NCBI GenBank assembly: GCA_963833095.1
Contig: CAWHWQ010000005.1
Span: 32,001-96,000 of the forward strand
Length of the DNA stretch: 64,000 nucleotides
Reading direction: 5' to 3'
DNA from: Vulcanimicrobiota bacterium
GTDB lineage: Bacteria; Vulcanimicrobiota; Vulcanimicrobiia; Vulcanimicrobiales; Vulcanimicrobiaceae
This document shows positions 49,873 through 58,501 of the stretch, in pieces. Below the pieces are notes generated by a model. The model did no database searches, was not told the origin of the DNA, and saw nothing but the letters and a program-made list of their open reading frames with translations. The number at the start of each line of letters is the position of its first letter. Within the stretch, counting starts at the first letter, position 1. Made by a program: the position numbers and the translations under genes.

Positions 49873-50580
49873 GTGGCATTACTCGAGGCAAGCGCGCTGC
49901 ACGCGCGCTATGGCGAGAATGATGTGCTGCACGGTATCGAGCTGCGTGTGGAACCTGGCGAGATCGTCGCGCTGCTTGGTGCCAACGGCGCGGGAAAGAC
50001 GACGACGTTTCGCGCGCTTACCGGCGCGGTCAAAACGAAGGGTGACGTCCGTTTCGACGGTTCGGCCTTCACCGGCGCGCCGGAGGATGCGGCTCGTCTC
50101 GGTGTGGCGCACGTTCCGGAGGGACGTGGAACCCTGTCATCACTCACCGTTGCAGAGAACCTGAAGCTCGGCGCCTATACGCGTCGCCAGCGCGAGCAGG
50201 AGCGCGAGACCTACGAACGGGTGCTTGCGTACTTTCCGCGCCTGCGCGAACGTAGCGCGCAAGCCGCGGGGACGCTCTCGGGCGGAGAACAACAGATGCT
50301 TGCGATCGCGCGCGCGCTGATGATGCGGCCACGGCTGCTGTTACTCGATGAGCCTTCGCTCGGACTTGCGCCGAAGATCGTCCGCGAAATCTTCGATCTG
50401 TTAGTGCAGATCAATGCCCGCGACGGCGTCGCGATCTTGGTTGCCGAGCAAAACGCGAAGATCGTGCTTTCCTCGTCGTCGCGCGCCTACGTGCTCGAAA
50501 CCGGCCGCGTTGCCGTCGAGGGCCGCAGCGCCGATCTCGTTGACGACGAGCGCATCCGGCGCTCCTATCTCGGCTATTAG
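49873..50580 (+). CDS. ABC ATP-binding protein (LivF-like)
   Basis: GANGAGKTT, LSGGEQQML and LDEPSLGLAP motifs. Confidence 0.92.
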   Translation: MALLEASALHARYGENDVLHGIELRVEPGEIVALLGANGAGKTTTFRALTGAVKTKGDVRFDGSAFTGAPEDAARLGVAHVPEGRGTLSSLTVAENLKLGAYTRRQREQERETYERVLAYFPRLRERSAQAAGTLSGGEQQMLAIARALMMRPRLLLLDEPSLGLAPKIVREIFDLLVQINARDGVAILVAEQNAKIVLSSSSRAYVLETGRVAVEGRSADLVDDERIRRSYLGY

Positions 50581-50600
50581 AGCAAGGGCCGAAATAGCTC

Positions 50601-50628
50601 TTGACTATATTTATAGTACTATTATACT
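50601..50628 (+). promoter_or_regulatory. Sigma70 promoter with an overlapping BlaI/MecI-type operator
   Basis: TTGACT-N16-TATACT; perfect palindrome ACTATA-TT-TATAGT at 50604-50617; ATG 6 nt after the -10. Confidence 0.7.
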
Positions 50629-50634
50629 AGGTTC

Positions 50635-52002
50635 ATGTTCTTCCTGGGCGCGATCCTCGTCGCGCTGGTCTCGCCGAGTCCATCGCCGACGCCGCGATTG
50701 CACACCTGGCTATACACGCGCGCCTACGATGCGCGGTACCTTCAGGCCAGCGCGTTGCCGGGCGGAAATCAGCCCAACGACACGGATGAGAACGCCATGG
50801 CGATCGTTCACGCCGGCTACGATCTCGGGGCGGGATTCCAAGCCGGAGCGACCTACGCGTATAGCGACCCCAATGCGCTCTCGGGAATCAGCGATCTCAA
50901 CCAACTTCAGGAAAGCTACCTAGCCTACCGCAGCGGCACGCTCTCGGCGAAGGCCGGCAATCAATATTTCAATTCGCCCTGGGCCGACACGCACTTCAAA
51001 CTGGGCCTGGCGCCGACCGCCTTTCAGGGCGTCGACGCGATTTACACGCGCAATGCGTGGACCGTAGAAGCCGCCGATATGACACGCTTTATGAGCCGTA
51101 CTTCGGGAGGGTTTACCCGCACGAATTTGCTTACTCCCGTAGCGGAAGGCATCAATACCGGCGGATTTACGTATGGGCACGTTACCTACGCGCCGCCCGA
51201 TGCGGGCTATTCGATCAGCGGCTACGCGTACAACGTGAACGATATGGTCGCCTTTGCGTGGCTCAGCGGATTCGCGACGCTTAGTCAGCACGGATGGCGG
51301 CCGTTTATCGGCGCGCAGGGCGGCATCGAAGGCAACGCCGGCGCGTCGTATCTGGGACTCGTCCGAAGCTCGATCGCGGGCGTCATCATTGGCGCGAATC
51401 CTACCCGCAACGTCACGATCAGCGCGGCGTTCGACGAAATCCCTTGGCGGCGCGCGTCGATCGCTTTGCCGAATGGCACATCCTGCAATTCCGCCGGCCC
51501 AGCACCGACGTACCAAATCACGAACGGCAACGCCACGTTGCCCTATTTTCTTCCGCAGGGCGTTGCGCAATGCGCGAACAACGCGAACGACACCACCACG
51601 ATTTACTACGGCGGCTGGGCGAGTCCGTATAGTGACAGCTACAGCACCGACCCGATGTACACCGGTCCGCTCCTCGAGGGACCGGTCGACCGGCGCAGCC
51701 CGGGGAACTCGCAGGCGCTCATCGGCCTCTACACCTCGGCCAACGGACAGTTCACGTTTACCGAAAGCTACTACTGGTTCGATTATTCCAACCCGCTTGC
51801 GACGCAGGCCACGACCGAATGGGACAACGTCCTCGCCTACTACTTCAGCAAGATCACCACAGGCCGGTATCGCGGTTGGCTCTTCCGATATGGCTACGTC
51901 GCGCAACATAAATCCAACGTCGCGTACGCAAACGGCGCGGGCTTTCTCGGCGGCGTGCCCATCACCCGATACAGCCGCTTTCAGGTGGAGTATAGTATTT
52001 GA
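50635..52002 (+). CDS. Putative outer-membrane beta-barrel/porin-like protein
   Basis: Signal peptide and SPSPSPTP linker; Tyr/Gly-rich amphipathic strands; C-terminal RFQVEYSI beta-signal-like end. Confidence 0.6.
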   Translation: MFFLGAILVALVSPSPSPTPRLHTWLYTRAYDARYLQASALPGGNQPNDTDENAMAIVHAGYDLGAGFQAGATYAYSDPNALSGISDLNQLQESYLAYRSGTLSAKAGNQYFNSPWADTHFKLGLAPTAFQGVDAIYTRNAWTVEAADMTRFMSRTSGGFTRTNLLTPVAEGINTGGFTYGHVTYAPPDAGYSISGYAYNVNDMVAFAWLSGFATLSQHGWRPFIGAQGGIEGNAGASYLGLVRSSIAGVIIGANPTRNVTISAAFDEIPWRRASIALPNGTSCNSAGPAPTYQITNGNATLPYFLPQGVAQCANNANDTTTIYYGGWASPYSDSYSTDPMYTGPLLEGPVDRRSPGNSQALIGLYTSANGQFTFTESYYWFDYSNPLATQATTEWDNVLAYYFSKITTGRYRGWLFRYGYVAQHKSNVAYANGAGFLGGVPITRYSRFQVEYSI

Positions 52003-52003
52003 C

Positions 52004-52384
52004 ATGGGACGCAAGCCGAGCGCGACCCTCACCGACGCCGAGCTGCGCATCATGCGCGTGCTCTGGTCGCGAGGCGAGTCGACCAATATGGAGATCGTCA
52101 GCGCGATCGTCGAGCCGCCGCTCGCGCGCAATACGGTGATGACGACGCTTGGGGTGCTCGAGCGCAAGGGATACGTCAAGCATCGGACCGACGGACGCAC
52201 CTTCATTTATAGCACCCTCGTCCCGGAAGAGCGCGCTCGCGGAACGGCGCTGGAAAGCGTGCTGCGCCGCTTCTTCGACGGTTCGGCCGAACAGCTCGTC
52301 GTCAAACTTCTCGATGCCGAATACATCTCGAGCGCCGATCGCAAGCGAATTCAAAAGCTCGTCGATGAGGCGGTCGACGAGTGA
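52004..52384 (+). CDS. BlaI/MecI/CopY family repressor
   Basis: LTDAELRIMRVLW, LARNTVMTTLGVLERKGYV and RRFFDGS motifs. Confidence 0.9.
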   Translation: MGRKPSATLTDAELRIMRVLWSRGESTNMEIVSAIVEPPLARNTVMTTLGVLERKGYVKHRTDGRTFIYSTLVPEERARGTALESVLRRFFDGSAEQLVVKLLDAEYISSADRKRIQKLVDEAVDE

Positions 52385-53592
52385 ACGCCGGAGGGCTTGC
52401 GCCACTCGCGCTTGCAGTGAGCCTTGCGCTTGGCGCTGCGGGCGTCGGCTCGCTCTTTTTGCTGGTGCGCGTTCGATTCCTAAACACAAATGCAAACGCG
52501 CGCTTCGTGCTGTGGCTCGCGCTGCTCGTCGCGCTCGCGTGCGCCGTGCCCGTTTTTGTCGCGAGTGGAAGTGTATCGTTGCAACGTGCACCCTCGGTGA
52601 GCATTGAAACGACGCCATCGGTGGCCTCGTCCCCGCGCGTAAACGTTGCGGACGCGGTCGCGGTGCTGTGGTTCCTCGGGTTTACGCTTTCGCTGCTACG
52701 GGTTTGCGCAGGTGTCGCGCGCCTGCGGCACATCCGCCGCGGCGCTGCCGCCATCGAGATGCGCCCGACGTCCCGCGGACAGGTCATGGTGCTAACGTCC
52801 GAGCACTTCTCGGTTCCGCTAGCGATCGGTTACCATCGGCCCGCGATTTTGATTCCTCGCGCAATGCTCGCGCTCGAACGTACCACCGATTTCGAGAACG
52901 TCCTGCTTCACGAAATCGAGCACCTGCGCCGCTTCGACGACATGACGTCGCTCGTGCAGGCGTTATGCATGTGCGCTTTGTGGTTCAATCCTTTTGCCTA
53001 CTACATCTGCGCGCGCGCGAACATCGAACGCGAGATGGCGTGCGATGAAGCCGTCGTTGCAAAGACCGGCAAGCGCGCCACGTACGCAGCGACGCTTTGG
53101 AAGATCGCGACCGATGCCCAAAACGCCGCGACGCCGGCGCTGATCTCGGCATTTACTTCGCGTTCGCACACGGCTCCGCGTTTGAAGAATCTGCTCGTCG
53201 AGCGCGGCGGGTCGAAGCCGGCGCCGCGATTGCGTTCCTTTTTCGTCGCTGCTTTTGTGGCCATGACGTTCGTCGGCACCGCCGCGCTGGCGCCCGCGAT
53301 GGTAGTTGCGCCTTCACCTCTCACCGACTATACGAGCTTGCGGCTTGCTCACGGACAGACCCTCATCGTCGGCGGGCGCCGCGAAGACGGGGCGCCGTAT
53401 AGCGCCATTCAAGTCTATGATCGCAGCGGCCGGCGCACCGCGCTCCTCGCGATGCCGCTCCCGCGCTGGTCGGCAACCGCGACGCTCTTGCACGACGGCG
53501 ACGTCCTCATCAAGGGCGGCAAAAACGCGACCGGCGCGCTACAGTGTAAGCTCGTCTACGACCCGGCGCGGAACCGCTTCACAAAGACCTAA
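52381..53592 (+). CDS. BlaR1-like M56 metallopeptidase with C-terminal Kelch-like repeats
   Basis: HEIEH, WFNPFAY and EREMACDEAV motifs; C-terminal LIVGG...VYD and TATLLHDGDVLIKGG...VYDP. Confidence 0.85.
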   Translation: MNAGGLAPLALAVSLALGAAGVGSLFLLVRVRFLNTNANARFVLWLALLVALACAVPVFVASGSVSLQRAPSVSIETTPSVASSPRVNVADAVAVLWFLGFTLSLLRVCAGVARLRHIRRGAAAIEMRPTSRGQVMVLTSEHFSVPLAIGYHRPAILIPRAMLALERTTDFENVLLHEIEHLRRFDDMTSLVQALCMCALWFNPFAYYICARANIEREMACDEAVVAKTGKRATYAATLWKIATDAQNAATPALISAFTSRSHTAPRLKNLLVERGGSKPAPRLRSFFVAAFVAMTFVGTAALAPAMVVAPSPLTDYTSLRLAHGQTLIVGGRREDGAPYSAIQVYDRSGRRTALLAMPLPRWSATATLLHDGDVLIKGGKNATGALQCKLVYDPARNRFTKT

Positions 53593-53650
53593 CGCCCCGC
53601 CCTCCCCCCGGTGGGGGGTCTGCCTCGCGCGCTGACCGAAGGCCAGATTA

Positions 53651-56029
53651 ATGGCGCAGGTCGAAGTTCGAGGGGCAGCAGCGGTGCGTATGCCCTCCGA
53701 CGTGCGCGGCCTTGCCGCGTACGTGGCTTGGATCGTTCTCATCGCCGGCGCATATGTCGTTTTCGCCCGCATCGGCTTTTCGCTCGCGTTCGGCGTCAAA
53801 CAAATTACCGCCGTGTGGCCGCCCACCGGCATTGCGCTCGCCGCACTCTTTCTCGGCGGCAAACGCCTGTGGCCCGGTGTGTTTCTGGGCGCGTTCATCG
53901 CGAACGTCACCAGCAGCGAGTCGGCGATCACGGCCGGAGCAATTGCCACCGGGAATACGCTTGGTCCCGTCCTGGGCGCGTATCTGCTGCGCCGTTTCAA
54001 TTTCGATCGCGCGTTTGCCCGCGTACGCGACGTTGCCGTGTTCGTCGTGTTCGGCTCGATCCTCGCGATGACCGTGACGGCAACGAACGGCACGTTGCAA
54101 CTCGCGCTCGCCCACATCTTTCCTTGGACGTCGTACGGATCGCAGTGGCTCCTATGGTGGGTCGGCGACGCGTCCGGTGTGCTGCTGGTAGCACCGCTTA
54201 TACTCACCTGGAGCGACGTACGCCGCCACGGAATCCTCGCCGGCGAAGCGACGCCGGTCGAGCTCGCGATTGCAATACCACTCGCATTCGCGTTTGCGTT
54301 TCTCGAATTTTTCTCGCGGCTCCCGATGGCGTTTCCACTTTACCCATTCGTCGTCTGGGCGGCGCTGCGGACCGGCGCACGCATCATGTCGGCGCTGATG
54401 CTCGTCATTGCCTCGATCGCGCTCTGGGCGACGGTCCACAATTTCGGCCCGTTCACGGCGCTCTCGCTCAACGGCCGCATGATCGCCTTTGTGGTCTTCA
54501 CCGCGGTCCTCGCCATTACCGGACTCGTACTGAGCGCAATAACCGCTGAGCGCCGCACTGCACTCGAGCAGATGCAGGCTGCCGAGCGCCGCTTCAAAGT
54601 CCTGGCCGAGACGCTGCCCCAGATGGTCTGGACGGCCGATCCCTCGGGAACCATCGACTGGCTCAATCAGCGCTGGCACCAGTTCACCGGTTCGGACGAC
54701 CTTTCGCTTGGGGTCGCTGATTGGGGACACCTAATCGCCGCCGGAAAGCCGTTCGAACGCGAGTTACTCCTGCGCCGGGCTGACGGCGTGTCGCGATGGT
54801 TTCTCATGCGAGCCGAGCCGATGCGCGACAATCGCGGCGCAATCGTTCGGTGGTACGGAACGCACACCGACATCGACGATCAACGCCGCGCGTTCGAACG
54901 CACGGCACGCATCGCGACCACGCTGCAATCGGCGTTCCTTCCGCAGTCGCTTCCCGAGCATCCTCACATGCGCTTCGACGCGCTCTATCTCACGGCGGGC
55001 CAAGAGGTGCTCATCGGGGGTGATTGGTACGACGCGTTCGCGCTTCCCGATGGGAGCATCGTCATCTCAATCGGCGACGTCACCGGGCACGGCCTCAATG
55101 CCGCCGTCAGCGCGGGACGCATCCGACAGAGCATCGTCGCAACCGCCATCGACAAGAACGATCCCGCCGAGATTCTCACCAAAGTGAACCGTTTGCTGCA
55201 GTTGCACGATCCTACCGTTGCAACTGCGCTCGTTGCGCTCATCGATCGCGATGCGCTCACGCTGCGCTACGCAAGTGCGGGTCATCCCTCGCCGATCCTC
55301 GCCGGTCCGAATGCGCGTGCGCACCAGTTGCCCTACGGTTCGCTTCCACTCGGCGTGGCCGGCGCCACCGAATATCGCAGCCACACGGTTCCGCTGGAAC
55401 CCGAGAGCGTTGTGGTCTTTTACACCGACGGCATCACCGAGTTCTCGCGCGAAATCGACGCCACCGAGCGCACGCTGCGCAGTGCAATCGACGCGCTCGT
55501 CGCCAAACCTTCGCCTCGACCGGCCGAAGCGATTCGCCGCGCCGTGCTCGGCAACGAGGCCCCCAGCGACGACGCCGTGCTAGTGGTTTTGCGCGTGGCG
55601 CCGGCTACCGATGCGGTGACCGCCGACGAGATCAACCTGCGCCAAAGCTGGAGCTTCCACTCCAGCCACGCCTACTCGGCGCACAGCGCGCGGCACGAAG
55701 TGATGCAGTTCATCGAACGCCTCGCCAAAGCCGATGCGGATCTCTTCACCGCCGAGCTTATCGTCGGCGAAATTCTTGCCAATACGGTCGAACACGCGCC
55801 GGGCCTGGTCAATATGGAGGTGGACTGGTCGGACGCCGCACCGGTCGTGACCGTGGTCGACACGGGCCCCGGTCTCGAGAAGTTCGTCGCGCTGCTTCCC
55901 GATGACGCGCTTACCGAAGATGGACGCGGCCTCTTCTTGGTCAAGACCTTAGCAAATGAAGTTCGCGTGGAATCGGATCAAGGCTACGGCACGAAGATGA
56001 CGGTCGTGCTGCCGATCGCTCGCAGCTAA
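53651..56029 (+). CDS. MASE1-PAS-PP2C(SpoIIE)-HATPase multidomain signalling protein
   Basis: VWPPTGIALA and WWVGD (MASE1); LPQMVW...RWYGTHTDID (PAS/PAC); GGDWYD, GDVTGHG and YTDGI (PP2C); EILANTVEHA and GRGLFLV (RsbW-like). Confidence 0.88.
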   Translation: MAQVEVRGAAAVRMPSDVRGLAAYVAWIVLIAGAYVVFARIGFSLAFGVKQITAVWPPTGIALAALFLGGKRLWPGVFLGAFIANVTSSESAITAGAIATGNTLGPVLGAYLLRRFNFDRAFARVRDVAVFVVFGSILAMTVTATNGTLQLALAHIFPWTSYGSQWLLWWVGDASGVLLVAPLILTWSDVRRHGILAGEATPVELAIAIPLAFAFAFLEFFSRLPMAFPLYPFVVWAALRTGARIMSALMLVIASIALWATVHNFGPFTALSLNGRMIAFVVFTAVLAITGLVLSAITAERRTALEQMQAAERRFKVLAETLPQMVWTADPSGTIDWLNQRWHQFTGSDDLSLGVADWGHLIAAGKPFERELLLRRADGVSRWFLMRAEPMRDNRGAIVRWYGTHTDIDDQRRAFERTARIATTLQSAFLPQSLPEHPHMRFDALYLTAGQEVLIGGDWYDAFALPDGSIVISIGDVTGHGLNAAVSAGRIRQSIVATAIDKNDPAEILTKVNRLLQLHDPTVATALVALIDRDALTLRYASAGHPSPILAGPNARAHQLPYGSLPLGVAGATEYRSHTVPLEPESVVVFYTDGITEFSREIDATERTLRSAIDALVAKPSPRPAEAIRRAVLGNEAPSDDAVLVVLRVAPATDAVTADEINLRQSWSFHSSHAYSAHSARHEVMQFIERLAKADADLFTAELIVGEILANTVEHAPGLVNMEVDWSDAAPVVTVVDTGPGLEKFVALLPDDALTEDGRGLFLVKTLANEVRVESDQGYGTKMTVVLPIARS

Positions 56030-56035
56030 ACGCCC

Positions 56036-56728
56036 CTAAACACCGAGAAATTCGAGCAGCTCGCGCTCGCGGCTGCGCACTTCCTCGCTTCCCAGCGTCT
56101 GCGTCACCCGACCATTCACGACGATATGGTGCCGATCGGCGACGCCGGCCGCGAATCGCACGTTTTGCTCGACCAGCAGCACCGAAAGCCCCGCGGCCTT
56201 CATCTCGAGAATCACTTCGCCGATACGCTCGACCAGCACCGGTGCAAGTCCCTCGGTCGGCTCGTCCAGCAGGATCGTCTGCGCTCCCGAGCGCAGCGCG
56301 CGCGCGATTGCCAGCATCTGCTGCTCGCCCCCCGAGAGCGTCGTTCCGACCGCGGAAGCACGTTCGCGCAGATTGGGAAACGTCTCGAAGATCCGCTCGG
56401 TGCTCCAGCCTCCCGGCGCGATAACCGGCGCGAAGAGCAGGTTCTCGCGCACGCTTAGCGTCGAAAAAATGCCCCGCTCTTCGGGAACGTAGGCGATGCC
56501 GCGGTGCGCGATACGATCCGACGAGAGCCCCGAGATCGTTTCACCGCTAAACTCGATGGTTCCCGATCGCGGCTCGACGATGCCCATGATCGCGCGCAGC
56601 GTCGTCGTTTTCCCGACGCCGTTTCTTCCGATCAAGGTCGCGACCTCGCCGTCGCGCACGTCGAACGACATGCCGTGGAGAATGTGCGCCTCATCGTAGT
56701 ACGCCTGCACGTCGCGTAATACCAACAT
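56036..56728 (-). CDS. ABC ATP-binding protein (LivF-like)
   Basis: GRNGVGKTT, LSGGEQQML and LDEPTEGLAP motifs. Confidence 0.9.
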   Translation of the reverse strand: MLVLRDVQAYYDEAHILHGMSFDVRDGEVATLIGRNGVGKTTTLRAIMGIVEPRSGTIEFSGETISGLSSDRIAHRGIAYVPEERGIFSTLSVRENLLFAPVIAPGGWSTERIFETFPNLRERASAVGTTLSGGEQQMLAIARALRSGAQTILLDEPTEGLAPVLVERIGEVILEMKAAGLSVLLVEQNVRFAAGVADRHHIVVNGRVTQTLGSEEVRSRERELLEFLGV

Positions 56729-56732
56729 GGCT

Positions 56733-57494
56733 TTAGTGCTTGGCTCCCCCGAGATAGGCTTCGATCACGCGCTCGTCGGCACGCACTTCGTCGTAACGGC
56801 CTTCGGCGAGAACTTTGCCGCGCGCGAGGACCGTGACCCGATCGCACAGATGCTCGACGACGCGAAGATTGTGTTCCACCAGCACAACGGTCCGCGCGCG
56901 CGCGATCTCGCGGATAAGCGCGATGGTTCGCTCGACGTCCTCGGCCCCCATGCCCGCAGTCGGCTCATCCAGCAGCAACACCGATGGTTCTTGCGAAACG
57001 GCAATCGCCAGCTCGAGCGCGCGCTTTTTCCCATACGCGAGATTGGCCGCCGGCGTGTCGCACTCGTCTTCGATTCCGACGGACGCCAGCGTGCGACGCG
57101 CCGGCTCATCGAACACCGCGGCAGCGCGCGCCGTTTCGAGAAGCCTCCACGAAAGATTCGAGTGCGATTGAAGCGCGATCTTCACGTTTTCGAGCGCGGT
57201 GGAATGAGGAAAGATGCTGCTGATCTGAAAGCTTCGCACCACGCCCATGCGCGCAATCGATGCGGGATCGAGCTTGGTCGTATCCTCGTTGCCGATCGTC
57301 ACGCGTCCGGATGTCGCCTGCACGAAGCCCGAAAGAACGCCGAGCAGCGTGCTCTTTCCGGCGCCGTTGGGACCAATAACGGCGTGAATCGATCCTTCAC
57401 GCACACCGAAGCTGAGTCCGTCGAGCGCGCGAAACCCCGAATAGGACTTGACGATGTCATGCGCGCGAAGGCGCGGCTGCACAGACGCCTGCAT
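56733..57494 (-). CDS. ABC ATP-binding protein (LivG-like)
   Basis: GPNGAGKST, VRSFQIS, LLDEPTAG and VIEAYLG motifs. Confidence 0.9.
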   Translation of the reverse strand: MQASVQPRLRAHDIVKSYSGFRALDGLSFGVREGSIHAVIGPNGAGKSTLLGVLSGFVQATSGRVTIGNEDTTKLDPASIARMGVVRSFQISSIFPHSTALENVKIALQSHSNLSWRLLETARAAAVFDEPARRTLASVGIEDECDTPAANLAYGKKRALELAIAVSQEPSVLLLDEPTAGMGAEDVERTIALIREIARARTVVLVEHNLRVVEHLCDRVTVLARGKVLAEGRYDEVRADERVIEAYLGGAKH

Positions 57495-57532
57495 TGCATC
57501 TTACCTAACCACGCCCGATTGACTTGCCGCAA

Positions 57533-57550
57533 TACCCCCGAAATGGTGTA
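57533..57550 (+). promoter_or_regulatory. 7-4-7 response-regulator box, copy 1 (upstream of bdhA)
   Basis: TACCCCC-GAAA-TGGTGTA; -10-like CAGACT 22 nt downstream. Confidence 0.65.
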
Positions 57551-57598
57551 TTCGCAAGCGGTCGCGCCCTGCCAGACTCAAGGTCGGAGGTACTCGTA

Positions 57599-58381
57599 TT
57601 GAGGTTGGCGGGAAAAGTCGCCCTGATCACCGGTGCTGCAAGCGGTATCGGACTCGAAATCGCTCGGACGATGGCGCGTGAGGGCGCCGCCGTCGCGATT
57701 GCCGATATTTCGCTCGACGGAGCGCAGGCCGCCGTAGCGCAGATTGAGCGCGAGCACGGCCGCGCCATCGCCGTCGACATGGATGTGACCGACGAAGAGC
57801 AGGTCGCTTCGGGCGTGAACCGGACGACCGCCGCGTTCGGCGGCCTCGATATTGTGGTAAGCAACGCCGGCATCCAGCATATCGCGCCCATTCACGAACT
57901 TGCCTATGCGGATTGGCGACGAGTCGTCCGCATCCACCTCGACGCGGCGTTCCTGGTGACTCGGGCGGCCCTCCAGCATATGTACGCGCGGCACAAAGGC
58001 GGATCGATCATCTACATGGGATCGGTACATTCTAAGGAAGCGTCGCCCCTCAAAGCCCCGTATGTGGCGGCCAAGCACGGTCTGCTTGGTCTAGCTCGCA
58101 CCGTCGCCAAAGAGGGCGCGCAATTCGGGGTGCGCTCGAACGTCGTCTGCCCAGGCTTCGTGCGGACCCCGTTGGTCGAGCGCCAGATTCCCGAGCAAGC
58201 GGCGGCCCTGGGCATTTCAGAGGCTGACGTCATTAAGAACGTGATGCTTAAAGAAACCGTCGACGGCGAGTTCACCACGACGGTAGACGTAGCAGAGACA
58301 ACAGTATTCTTAGCAGCATTTCCCAGCAATGCGCTGACCGGACAATCGATTGTGGTCAGCCACGGTTGGAACATGGAGTAA
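57599..58381 (+). CDS. bdhA: 3-hydroxybutyrate dehydrogenase
   Basis: [41 protein letters not shown] and VSHGW motifs; GGAGG RBS. Confidence 0.9.
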   Translation: MRLAGKVALITGAASGIGLEIARTMAREGAAVAIADISLDGAQAAVAQIEREHGRAIAVDMDVTDEEQVASGVNRTTAAFGGLDIVVSNAGIQHIAPIHELAYADWRRVVRIHLDAAFLVTRAALQHMYARHKGGSIIYMGSVHSKEASPLKAPYVAAKHGLLGLARTVAKEGAQFGVRSNVVCPGFVRTPLVERQIPEQAAALGISEADVIKNVMLKETVDGEFTTTVDVAETTVFLAAFPSNALTGQSIVVSHGWNME

Positions 58382-58399
58382 TACCTCCCTTAGGGTGTA
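58382..58399 (+). promoter_or_regulatory. 7-4-7 response-regulator box, copy 2 (upstream of the porin-like gene)
   Basis: TACCTCC-CTTA-GGGTGTA; GATAAT 21 nt downstream. Confidence 0.68.
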
Positions 58400-58501
58400 G
58401 ATAGGAAAACGCGTTTGTGGGATAATATTCCTTAACCAGAGGGGCCGGAAGCATAAGCGCTCGGCCACCTTTCGTGATGATGATGATTGATTGGAGGCAC
58501 A

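Noticed and set aside
50920..52384. Long alternative-frame ORFs (50920..52206 minus, 51254..52384 plus) and similar antisense ORFs throughout the window
   Set aside because: These are Arg/Ala-rich shadow ORFs typical of high-GC DNA. Only the last 126 codons of the 51254 ORF are a real gene (BlaI).
53593..53650. CCCCCC-GGT-GGGGGG hairpin as a riboswitch or terminator
   Set aside because: Short, with no U-tract and no recognisable aptamer
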